Below, piece after piece: positions 9,633 through 18,800 of a stretch of DNA of 32,000 bases (the first letter of the stretch is position 1; each line of letters starts with the position of its first letter). Made by a program: the position numbers and the translations under genes. The notes below the pieces were generated by a model, which was not told the DNA's origin, did not search any database, and was given only the letters and a program-made list of their open reading frames with translations. Origin of the DNA: Paramicrosporidium saccamoebae KSL3 (taxonomy: Eukaryota; Fungi; Cryptomycota); assembly GCA_002794465.1 (NCBI GenBank), contig MTSL01000159.1, positions 91,298-123,297 of the forward strand, written 5' to 3'.

Positions 9633-9735
9633 GAATCCCCGGCCTCCATGTTTAGAATTTATTTATGTCTAGTGCAAGGTTTGGGAGATAAGGGCCTCTT
9701 TGTAAACCCCTCCCACGCCGTTACGCTTGGAACAT

Positions 9736-10473
9736 TTAAGAGAATAGCTCAGGGAAGATGGTGGGGAGTTCATGCACTTTGGACATTTGCTTCATGCCTT
9801 TCGAGCTTGGAACGACCGAATCTCCAGTTTCAACAACCTGGGCACCATTCCATCCCCGCGATAGGGCAACCTCTACATTTTTTTTGCGATCATCCACAAA
9901 GTACAACTGTCCTGGCTTTGCATTCAGCAAATTCTCGACCCTGATATAAGATTCCACGTTGGGCTTTAGATAATATCCCTGGGATGTATGGTCGCCGTAC
10001 ACAATGGCATTGACCAGCTTGTGGACACCTAATTCGGAGAGTACACGTTCCGCATGCATGACGCCAGAATTTGTGTAGATGACAATGTTGGCTTTTACAG
10101 AATCTAGCACACTGAACAGTGCATGATCAATGTCGATGAGATTATAGTCGATAGTATTGTCAAGGAATTCTTCATAGGTTCTTGGATTCACATCATGTTC
10201 TGCCATCAGACCGCGGATAGCCAGTCCGTAGCCTCGATAGTATTGTTCATCTAGCTGGTTAGCTTCAGCTTCAGTGCATTTTATGGAGTGCGCAATGTAG
10301 CTACGGTTAGCGGTTATCAGAGACTCGAGTAAACCCGAGGCGGCCGAGTACAGGGTATCGTCAAGGTCGAGTAACAACGTTCGTTCCTTGGTAAGCTCTC
10401 TCAATATCTTATGCGCAGGCCTAGCGGCTGCTACCAGAGCTGCAAATGCGCATGCAAGTGGGACAATGTACAT
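9736..10473 (-). CDS. HAD-superfamily pyrimidine 5'-nucleotidase-like protein (SDT1/PHM8-like) with predicted signal peptide, copy 1
   Basis: HAD motifs I DLDDTLY, II YTNS, III KP, IV FVDD; cap region YYRGYGLAIRGL. N-terminus MYIVPLACAFAALVAAA is hydrophobic with a small-residue cleavage site. Confidence 0.88.
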   Translation of the reverse strand: MYIVPLACAFAALVAAARPAHKILRELTKERTLLLDLDDTLYSAASGLLESLITANRSYIAHSIKCTEAEANQLDEQYYRGYGLAIRGLMAEHDVNPRTYEEFLDNTIDYNLIDIDHALFSVLDSVKANIVIYTNSGVMHAERVLSELGVHKLVNAIVYGDHTSQGYYLKPNVESYIRVENLLNAKPGQLYFVDDRKKNVEVALSRGWNGAQVVETGDSVVPSSKGMKQMSKVHELPTIFPELFS

Positions 10474-10553
10474 GTGGCGATCTTAGAGGCGGCCTTTTTA
10501 TTAATTAAGATGGCGGGTGATCATGTCCAAAGGTATTGGACCAATTTACTGGA

Positions 10554-11318
10554 TTAGTTAGCAAACAAATCTGAGAAAACTGAAGGAGTATCGTATATAT
10601 ACTTGATCACCTGTATGGCGTTTTTGGAAGGCACAACAGCGTCTTCTTGGAATTCAAACACGTGTGCGACGTTCCAGCCGCGTTCCTGAGCAACCCGGAC
10701 GTTGGTTTCATTGTCATCAAGAAAATAAAGATTCGATGGATCAGATTGGAGTAGTGTCTCTACTCTTCCATAGGCTTCTTGGAATGGCTTTACAGTAAAT
10801 TCAGGGTCCATGCATTCAGCATATATCACCATGTGTACATAGGGGAGTACTCCGAGAATTTCCAGTGTCCGAGTAGTGTGCTTGATCCCCGAATTCGTAA
10901 ACACGATTACATCAGCCTCAACCTTCTTCAACAGCTCCAATAGCCTGTCATCATGTCCTATGGTTGTATAATCTACATTTTGGTCGATAAAATCTTCATA
11001 ATCCTTGAGATTGATGTTATGATCTCGCGCCAACCCTTTTGACGTCATTCCGTACTGCCGATACAGTCGAGTAGACTCTGTCTTGGCAGACTCGAAATCA
11101 TAACCAAGCTTCGTTTGGGCGTATGCGTCGATTGCCGAGATGAGGCTTGCATTCAAACCACAGGAGTGTGAATAGCAAGTATTATCGAGGTCGATCACTA
11201 GCTTTGGTCGGGACGTTAATTCCAAACGCTGAAAATGGTGGACGAATGTTGCAGCGGCAGCAGTGGATATCAAGAAGGCAAGACGAAGAAGCATATTGGC
11301 CAAAGTGAGGGACCGCAT
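10554..11318 (-). CDS. HAD pyrimidine 5'-nucleotidase-like protein with predicted signal peptide, copy 2 (alternative start at ATG 11294)
   Basis: Motifs DLDNTCY, FTNS, KP, FLDD; cap LYRQYGMTSKGL. N-terminus MLLRLAFLISTAAAA. Confidence 0.88.
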   Translation of the reverse strand: MRSLTLANMLLRLAFLISTAAAATFVHHFQRLELTSRPKLVIDLDNTCYSHSCGLNASLISAIDAYAQTKLGYDFESAKTESTRLYRQYGMTSKGLARDHNINLKDYEDFIDQNVDYTTIGHDDRLLELLKKVEADVIVFTNSGIKHTTRTLEILGVLPYVHMVIYAECMDPEFTVKPFQEAYGRVETLLQSDPSNLYFLDDNETNVRVAQERGWNVAHVFEFQEDAVVPSKNAIQVIKYIYDTPSVFSDLFAN

Positions 11319-11577
11319 AAAGTCCGGACTGAGATATTAAATCGGATTCAAAGGATTGGACTGGTTTGATCGATCGCCATCCATATAGCAATCATGGGCA
11401 AGTAAAATACTATTTAATAGGCATATAGTAGTTTTGAGAATAATTACAGGCGTCTGCTCGATACGGGGCATAGTTAGCATATTGGCACTAATGAAGATCG
11501 ATCCTAGTTTACGCCATTTGGACTGTAATGTTTAATCAAAGGGGTTTATTTGTTAAATCCACTCGAGTATCTCATGT

Positions 11578-12303
11578 TTAGAATATATTGGGAAAGGCTT
11601 GGCGGATACTCTTGGCCCAAGGGATTGAGGCTGAATGACTGTCCTGCCCGTCTACATTTTGAACCTGGAGAATATTCCAGCCCAAACTCTGTGCAATCTC
11701 TGCACTCTTCAGATCGGCATCAACAAAGTACATGTTTTTAGTTTCCACAGCCAGGCTCTTTTGCAGCTGCTGATACGCCTCTTGCTCGGGCTTAGCACAC
11801 GCTTCAGTATTGGCAAAGTCACGATACACAATCTGATGCACAAAACCCTGGATTCCCAGTCGGAAGAGCACCTGCTGAGCATGCAAGAGTCCCAGTTCAG
11901 TAAACACGATAATGTCTGCATTCGAATTTTGCAAGCAGTCAATCAGTTTGTCGCTGGTTTTCAGAGATTCATAATCAACACGCTGTTTTACATATTCATC
12001 GTATCCACCCAGTGATTGATCGCTATTACAGGTCATTCCGACAAGCAAAGGGTGGAAATCACGCACGTAATTATCAGAGATTGCTGCTTGTTGGTTCTCG
12101 GCAAAGCAGCTTGCAAAACACTCCATGAGATACTGTCTGTTAATGTCTTCCAGATGACGATGGAATTCATGCATGGTAGAGTAAATGGTTCCATCGAGAC
12201 CTAGAACTAGCTTGGGGCGGCTGGTCAACTCTTTAAGCACGTGGGTCGATGCTGCCACAGCCGCAATTAGGGAAAGCGAGACGCATTTAAATAGGCACTG
12301 CAT
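11578..12303 (-). CDS. HAD nucleotidase-like protein with predicted signal peptide, copy 3; degenerate active site (probable pseudoenzyme)
   Basis: Colinear with copies 1 and 2 (ELTSRPKLVL.LD.T.YS, KP, ...GWN), but the motifs read GLDGT, FTEL and FVDA. The ATG at 12303 gives MQCLFKCVSLSLIAAVAA, matching the length and signal peptide of the paralogs. Confidence 0.8.
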   Translation of the reverse strand: MQCLFKCVSLSLIAAVAASTHVLKELTSRPKLVLGLDGTIYSTMHEFHRHLEDINRQYLMECFASCFAENQQAAISDNYVRDFHPLLVGMTCNSDQSLGGYDEYVKQRVDYESLKTSDKLIDCLQNSNADIIVFTELGLLHAQQVLFRLGIQGFVHQIVYRDFANTEACAKPEQEAYQQLQKSLAVETKNMYFVDADLKSAEIAQSLGWNILQVQNVDGQDSHSASIPWAKSIRQAFPNIF

Positions 12304-12640
12304 GTGACAATATTGTTCTTTAACAAATGAATATTCTTTTAGCAGGAAATGTAATACATTACAGACCTGGATCCCGATCTGGGCCCAGAGTCTATTTACT
12401 GTATAAATGCACCAAATACTAAATAGTGTTAGGAAGGCCATCAACAATACCGTTTAATGCAGGACTTGACAGCTCTACCCTACCAATGAGCTATTGATTA
12501 GGACGTGCATGGAATATATTGAGTGATTCAGATGTTGCGCGGTGAGTGTGAGCACAATGTCAATAGAAGTGGACGATAAGGGACTGTTTATTACTAGTTG
12601 GCATGGACTCGACGGCATAGTATACCCAAACATTGGCAAG

Positions 12641-12750
12641 TCAATATTCCATTATATCTCATTATATTCCCTTATATCTCATTATATTCCATTATATCTC
12701 GTTATATTCCATTATATCTCATTATATTATGCTATATTCTATCCCATTCC
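12641..12750. repeat. Degenerate 10/20-nt tandem repeat (attatattcc attatatctc)n downstream of CorA copy 2
   Basis: Alternating decamers run from 12641 to about 12730 and decay to 12750. They read G-rich (GGAATATAAT GAGATATAAT) on the CorA2 sense strand. Confidence 0.9.
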
Positions 12751-12881
12751 ATCCCTCACCTCTGGCTTCCCTTTGCACATTTGGAACAAGAAGCCAGCTA
12801 AACATTGCAATACATACACAAATATCATGTTTTGAAACAGGCTGGTCAGTCTAGTGCCACATTTATTAAAATCTCACAAGA

Positions 12882-14048
12882 TTAGAGCCACTTTTTATAG
12901 CGACCAGCCATAAATACTATGGTAACTAATGCAACCATGGAAACCATCAACAGCCAGAATGGCAGCAGATTCGCAAAAGGGGACTCTTTTGGGAAATCCT
13001 GGAATGGCACCCTCGTGTTCATGCCCATAATTGTGCTAATTGCCATGGCGAAACCAATGACAAACGTCAGGGCCGTCATTTTTTTGACCGTCACGTTCAT
13101 GCGATGACCAGCCATTGCCAATTCAATATCGCTCTGGCCTAGGTAGTTGTCGTGCGAACGATCCAGCGCCTCCCTGAATTCGGTTAGGTCCTGACGTAGA
13201 GTCTGCAGGTGATCCTGCACATCCCTCAGATATAAAACGGTCCGCGTCTCCAGCCTGTCCATATGACGCTCTGTTAGTAGATGTATGATTTCTAATTTGG
13301 GTTGGATGAGACGGGCAAGGATGGTGGTGCGTCGATGTGCTTGATAGATGCGACGTAACATATCCGCCTGGTCAAACCTCCCCAGTGTCAATGTCAAATC
13401 TTCAATGGTGTCGACTTCAGCCTGCAAAAGCGTTGCCTGTCTGGTAAAGTCGTCCACAATCTCATCCAGGAAAATGTAGGACAGCCAGTCGCCAGTGAGA
13501 GCATTCCGCGCGTCATTCACGACGATTCTTCGGGTCAGAATTTGTGACAAAAAGGGCAAACCGACGGAGCGGATGGAGATGAGATAATGCGGGAATATTA
13601 AAAGGTAGCAGTTTGTGTTAGAGTTGGGATTATAATGCCCTTTGGACTCTCCCCTCTCCTCCAATGGGGAATGCAGCCGCCCGTAAAACTCTTCCTCGTC
13701 AAGAAGCTGCACCGAAATGAAGACGTAGGTGTCATAGCTTTCGCATTTTTCGCGCGTCTCGCCGAGCTGAATATCTTCAACTGTGAGGGGATGGACACCA
13801 AAGCTGGTTTCGAGAAAATACAAGTCGTGGGATGATGGGTGACGAATATCAAGCCAGAAAAATTCGTCGTTTGGTAATTTTTCCAACGAACTTATGGGGA
13901 CGGCACCAGTTTTGGGCTGGTACAAGAGATACTCGGCATCAGTGGCCATATGCTTGGGCCGTGGAGAGGCTACCCTAAGAGAACCAATGAATACTGGTCG
14001 AATATTATTGGTGCATGTCAAGTTACAAGTCCTTTTAGTGTAATTCAT
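12882..14048 (-). CDS. CorA/Alr1/Mnr2-family Mg2+ transporter (copy 2); start uncertain, possibly ATG at 13949
   Basis: FFWLDI...FGVHPLTVEDIQ...REKCESY, FLDEIVDDF, DQADMLRRIY, HRMNVTVKKMT, STIMGMNTRVPF plus a second TM helix. Confidence 0.9.
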   Translation of the reverse strand: MNYTKRTCNLTCTNNIRPVFIGSLRVASPRPKHMATDAEYLLYQPKTGAVPISSLEKLPNDEFFWLDIRHPSSHDLYFLETSFGVHPLTVEDIQLGETREKCESYDTYVFISVQLLDEEEFYGRLHSPLEERGESKGHYNPNSNTNCYLLIFPHYLISIRSVGLPFLSQILTRRIVVNDARNALTGDWLSYIFLDEIVDDFTRQATLLQAEVDTIEDLTLTLGRFDQADMLRRIYQAHRRTTILARLIQPKLEIIHLLTERHMDRLETRTVLYLRDVQDHLQTLRQDLTEFREALDRSHDNYLGQSDIELAMAGHRMNVTVKKMTALTFVIGFAMAISTIMGMNTRVPFQDFPKESPFANLLPFWLLMVSMVALVTIVFMAGRYKKWL

Positions 14049-14294
14049 ATGAGATCCATGCGAGGCTCATACTTTACTCAAGTCTTGATCCATGTAAGGC
14101 TTAAATTTTCGATCCGGTATCCATTAACTTCCACAATTCTTGACCCGTATACATGATCTCTGAGATATAATATATCATATACTCTCTTTCACAATCTCAC
14201 AGTCCCTGGTCCGGAGGTATACTCTCATTACCTCGTACTCTTTCACGTTCCCGCACTCTCTTACAGTGAAACTTTTAACAGTTCTATCGTATTA

Positions 14295-15239
14295 ATGACG
14301 GACGGTACGGCTTCTCAAATGACCTTGAAGATTCGCATTGGCGGGCTGGTCGAATCACCACCATTTCCGTACACATATGAGGAACAGTTTATTCTGCGTT
14401 TCCCTCCGTCAGTGGCGGCTGAACTGCGAGAAGAATTACGCGAGTCCTCTCAGCCGGATGACTTGTCCATTACCTTTACTGACACTCGTCGTGCCCAAGT
14501 CAGTTTCCATGGCCGAATGTATGTAGGAGTGCTAGTTGATTTACCCACCATTCTGGAGACGCATCGCACCTTTGACCGTTCCCAATATTACAAGACGGCT
14601 GACATTTGTCAGATGCTTCTCGTCATGCCGGATGGACCTGAGACGCAGGCCAAAATTCAGCATTATGAGGCAAACGGCTGGCAACATCCGGATGGTCTGA
14701 CACCGCCCCTCAAGGACGTCCGAACACGTCGTTTCTCACGCACAGCCTCTTACGGAAAACAAAAGGACGTGGAGGCTATTGAGAAACGGGTACAGGCGTT
14801 GCTGGACCGGGATACAGCAGCGGCGTCGTCGAGCTTTACCATTTACGACTCTATGGGAAAGACGCTACTAGTGGGTGGAGCGACAGATGGCAAGTTTGAG
14901 CCGCCAGAGGAAGGGAAAGAAGAAGACGAAGAGGAATCGGATGACGAGTTTGCTGCTGAATTGGAAGAGGCCATGTTGGCGGAGGATGCGATGGAGGTGG
15001 AAACGCAGACGGAATCGGCAGCTCCGATAGAAGATGGAGGACAAGAAATGCCAGCCGAGGAGCAGGAAGCGCCGACACCCGAACCACCGATGCCTGTACA
15101 ATCGACTGCAGTGAAGGAGCTGCAGGCAAAGATTGACGAAAGAAAGGCCCAATTGGCGTCAGTGACCAATCCTATGATCAAGGCGCGTCTGGCAGATGTC
15201 ATTAGACAATTAGAAGAAGATCTTTACTCTCGTCTGTAA
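14295..15239 (+). CDS. TAF7: TFIID subunit TAF7
   Basis: TAFII55_N signature YEEQFILRFP...LVDLPTILETHRTFD...YYKTADICQML...WQHPDGLTPPLKDVRTRRF, an acidic middle region and a C-terminal coiled coil. Confidence 0.93.
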   Translation: MTDGTASQMTLKIRIGGLVESPPFPYTYEEQFILRFPPSVAAELREELRESSQPDDLSITFTDTRRAQVSFHGRMYVGVLVDLPTILETHRTFDRSQYYKTADICQMLLVMPDGPETQAKIQHYEANGWQHPDGLTPPLKDVRTRRFSRTASYGKQKDVEAIEKRVQALLDRDTAAASSSFTIYDSMGKTLLVGGATDGKFEPPEEGKEEDEEESDDEFAAELEEAMLAEDAMEVETQTESAAPIEDGGQEMPAEEQEAPTPEPPMPVQSTAVKELQAKIDERKAQLASVTNPMIKARLADVIRQLEEDLYSRL

Positions 15240-15272
15240 AATGTTGTAACTTGATATGAGGTGGGTTAGTGC

Positions 15273-15407
15273 GAGTTTGGTTGATGCGGGTTGGATTGAT
15301 TCGAGTTGGATCGATGCGGGTTGGATTGACGCGAGTTGAATTGATGTGGGTTGGATTGATTCGATTTGGGTTTATACGAGCTGGATTGATGCGGGTTGGG
15401 TGTAGTC
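15273..15407. repeat. 15-nt tandem repeat, 9 degenerate units (consensus g[g/a]gttggattgat[g/t]c), downstream of TAF7
   Basis: Units start every 15 nt from 15273: gagtttggttgatgc, gggttggattgattc, gagttggatcgatgc, gggttggattgacgc, etc. Confidence 0.9.
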
Positions 15408-15828
15408 TCATGCATTGATGCAAGTTGGAACGTAATCTCATGTGATGCAAAGTGTGCGGTAACCTCATGTATGAATGCGGGCTGGGCTGTAATTTTTGCA
15501 AGACAATATCTAATACTCATTGGCGGTTCCAATCCAATGACAATCTCGCTCCCTTATACCTGGTAAAGGTGGCCATCTTACGTGTCACGCCATTTACTAA
15601 ATAGTTTTTTGTTTTACTCAACACTCATCTATAATCGTGTCAGTAGCTACATACCATATTAATAATTAAACTAAATCTTCCCCCCCCTTACAACTGCACT
15701 TGACATTATGACCAGCATTGCACCAAACACGGTTCTCACAACTTTATTCGATACCATATTTGATTCATCATCGTTTCTATCTATGTATATGCCACCACAT
15801 TTAAATCAACCTAGACAAAGGGGTCAAA

Positions 15829-18800
15829 ATGCGCACATTCGATACACCCCGGCTGACGGCTCAGATGAGTTCGGTACGGAAGGAACCTGCTGGACAAGTC
15901 GAATCATTATGGGGACGCATTAAAATGTCAGAAATGGGAAGTCGCATTTCCCATGATCGGCCTGTCATCGGCGCCCTTCCCGCCAAGAAGGAGCGCAGTC
16001 TGTTGACGGCAACGGCAGAGCTCGCTGGAATGCACTATCGGCCACGCACAAAGGAGACTACCGCCGCCTGGGAATATTTGCTGTCGTTTGTGGGCGGAAA
16101 GGTGGGAGAACAACGGGATGTGTTGGCTGCAGCTGCGGAGGAATGCTTGAGGATATTGAAAGAGGAAGGCCGCGATTTGGATAAAAAGGAGGCCGTGGAG
16201 GGAGTGCTGGGAGGGATGGATTCGGATGCGTTTGCGCAAATTACCAATTTAGCCAAACGAATTACGGATTATGCACCGGAAACGACATCGACAGCCCATG
16301 ATGACGACGATGGTGGAGTGGCGGTGGTCTTTGAGGAGGAAGACGAAGGCCAATACGCTGCTGGTGACGAGGAAGAAGATGAAGCCGAAATCCAGGCTTC
16401 AATTCCGGTCATCAGAATGGATTCGGGCTACATGCAACCACAAGAAGAGGGCGACTTTCAAGTCGAACCAGCGGACATGGCCTCGACAGAAGAAGCCTTG
16501 CAGACGGTGGACTTGGATTCGTTGGCATTCACTCAGGGTAAGGATTCTTTGATTGTAACTGATTTGCATAGGGGGACACACCATGACGAATAAGAAATGC
16601 ATCGTCCCAGAAAAGTCGAAAAAGATTAGCAAGCCTGGCTATGAAGAGATTCACATTCCAGCTCCCTCTCCAAGACCGTTGGAGGCAGGTGAGAAATTGG
16701 TACCGATTGCAACGCTTCCGGAGTGGGCACAGCTGGCATTTGCGGGAGTGGAAAAGCTGAACCGTGTGCAGAGCAGATTAAAGACGACGGCATTGGATAC
16801 GGATGACAATTTGTTGCTGTGTGCCCCAACTGGAGCTGGTAAAACCAATGTAGCTCTATTATCCATGCTCCACGAGATTGGAAAACATTGCGATTCTGAT
16901 GGCAAGATGACAGCGCCAGCACGGGACTCGTTCAAGATTGTGTACATTGCACCGATGAAAGCGCTGGTGCAAGAAATGGTCAGTAATTTTGGAAAGAAAT
17001 TGGCTCCGTTTGGACTGACCGTTGCTGAATTGACGGGAGATCAACAGCTCACCAAGGCACAAATCGCTTCGACCCAGGTCATTGTAACGACCCCCGAGAA
17101 ATGGGATATCATTACACGTAAGAACAATGACACAAGCTATACAAGATTGGTGCGGCTTGTCATTATTGATGAAATTCATTTGCTTCATGATGATCGTGGA
17201 CCTGTACTGGAGGCCATTGTGGCCCGTACTCTGCGACAGTCAGAGGAGACTCAACAATGGACTCGACTGGTGGGACTGAGCGCAACCCTTCCCAATTATA
17301 TGGATGTGGGACGGTTCCTTCGAGTGGATGTCAAGAAAAACATCTTTTATTTCGATTCTTCGTTCCGACCGTGTCCATTGGAACAACAGTTTGTGGGAAT
17401 CACTGAAAAAAGACCGCTGCAACGCAACCAAATGATGAATGAGATTGCGTATGAAAAGGTGATGGAGAGGGCAGGAGTGTCCCAAGTGTTGATTTTTGTC
17501 CATTCACGAAAGGATACGGCCAAGACGGCCAAGGCCATCAGAGATATGGCCATCCAAAAGGGCACAGTGGCCGCTCTGCTCAAAGAATCTGCCTCGAACC
17601 GACAAGCATTGGCCGCGGCCGCAGAGGAGACAAAAAATCCCGATCTACAGGATCTGTTCCCATACGGATTTGCCATGCATCATGCCGGAATGACTCGAGA
17701 AGATCGAAACTCTGTAGAGTCCATGTTTGCTGCAGGACAGATTCAGGTGCTGGTGAGCACTGCAACTTTGGCTTGGGGAGTCAACTTGCCCGCCCACACG
17801 GTCATTATTAAGGGAACGCAAGTGTACAATCCGGAAAAGGGAAGATGGTGCGAACTCAGTGCGCAGGATGTGTTGCAGATGCTTGGACGTGCCGGTCGTC
17901 CCCAATATGACACGCATGGAGAGGGAATCATTATCACCACGCATGGAGAGGTACAATTCTATCTGAGTCTGCTCAACCAGCAACTCCCCATTGAGAGTCA
18001 GCTCATCACCAAGTTGGTGGACCATTTGAATGCGGAAATTGTGCTTGGTAGTATTCGAACCCGGGATGAGGCGGTCCAATGGCTTGGCTACACCTATCTC
18101 TTTGTGCGTATGCAGCGTGACCCATTGCTATATGGTGTGGCTCCAGAAGGCCTGCTTAAGCGACGCATTGAACTAATTCACACGGCGGCCACGATTCTGG
18201 AAGAGGCAAATTTGGTGCGATATGATCGACGCTCGGGGATTCTACGCGGGACGGAACAGGGACGAATTTCAAGTCACTATTACATTGGACATGCCTCCAT
18301 GTCCACGTTTAATCAGCATCTCCGTCCCACAGCCACCGAACCGGACATTTGTCGCATCTTTTCCCTATCGCAGGAATTTCGACTGATTCCGGTGCGACAG
18401 GAAGAGCGACTTGAGTTGACTCGTCTTGCGGAAAGAGTGCCCCTACCCATCAGAGAGAATCCCGAAGAGGCCTCGGCCAAGATTAATATTCTGCTTCAGA
18501 CGTACATTTCACGACTTTCTCTGGATGGCTTTTCTTTGGCAGCAGATATGGTATATGTGACGCAGTCGGCGGGACGTATCCTCCGTGCCATTTTTGAACT
18601 CTGTCTGCGTCGAGGTTGGGCCAGGACGGCGGCTCGTTCCTTGGAATTGTGCAAAATGGTGGAACAGCGAATGTGGCGCTCCATGACTCCACTCCGTCAA
18701 TTATCCGATCTGCCAGCCGATGTTCTGCGCAAACTAGAACGCAAGGACTTTCCATGGGAGCGACTCTTTGATCTGAATGCCCAAGAGTTGGGAGAATTGA

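Noticed and set aside
10507-10517. AAGATGGCGG YY1-like motif upstream of HAD copy 1, with GCCATYTT-like words near 15570-15595
   Set aside because: Too few occurrences, and no basis for assuming a YY1-type factor in this organism.
12304-12447. 48-codon N-terminal extension of HAD copy 3 in the ORF track
   Set aside because: The paralogs begin at the position equivalent to ATG 12303, which also yields a clean signal peptide. The extension is probably untranslated.
12542-12854. Three overlapping + strand ORFs rich in Tyr/Ile/Ser/Leu
   Set aside because: Produced by the stop-poor 10/20-nt repeat. My attempts to splice a coherent gene on either strand failed.
8962-15407. Tandem repeats considered as a CRISPR array or transposon termini
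   Set aside because: There are no unique spacers, cas genes, transposase ORFs, terminal inverted repeats or target-site duplications, and the context is eukaryotic.
15202-15532. Minus-strand ORFs with PTRIN/SNPHQ pentapeptide repeats
   Set aside because: They are antisense translations of the 15-nt G/T-rich repeat downstream of TAF7. One overlaps the TAF7 3' end, both start at TTG in the track, and neither has a recognisable domain.
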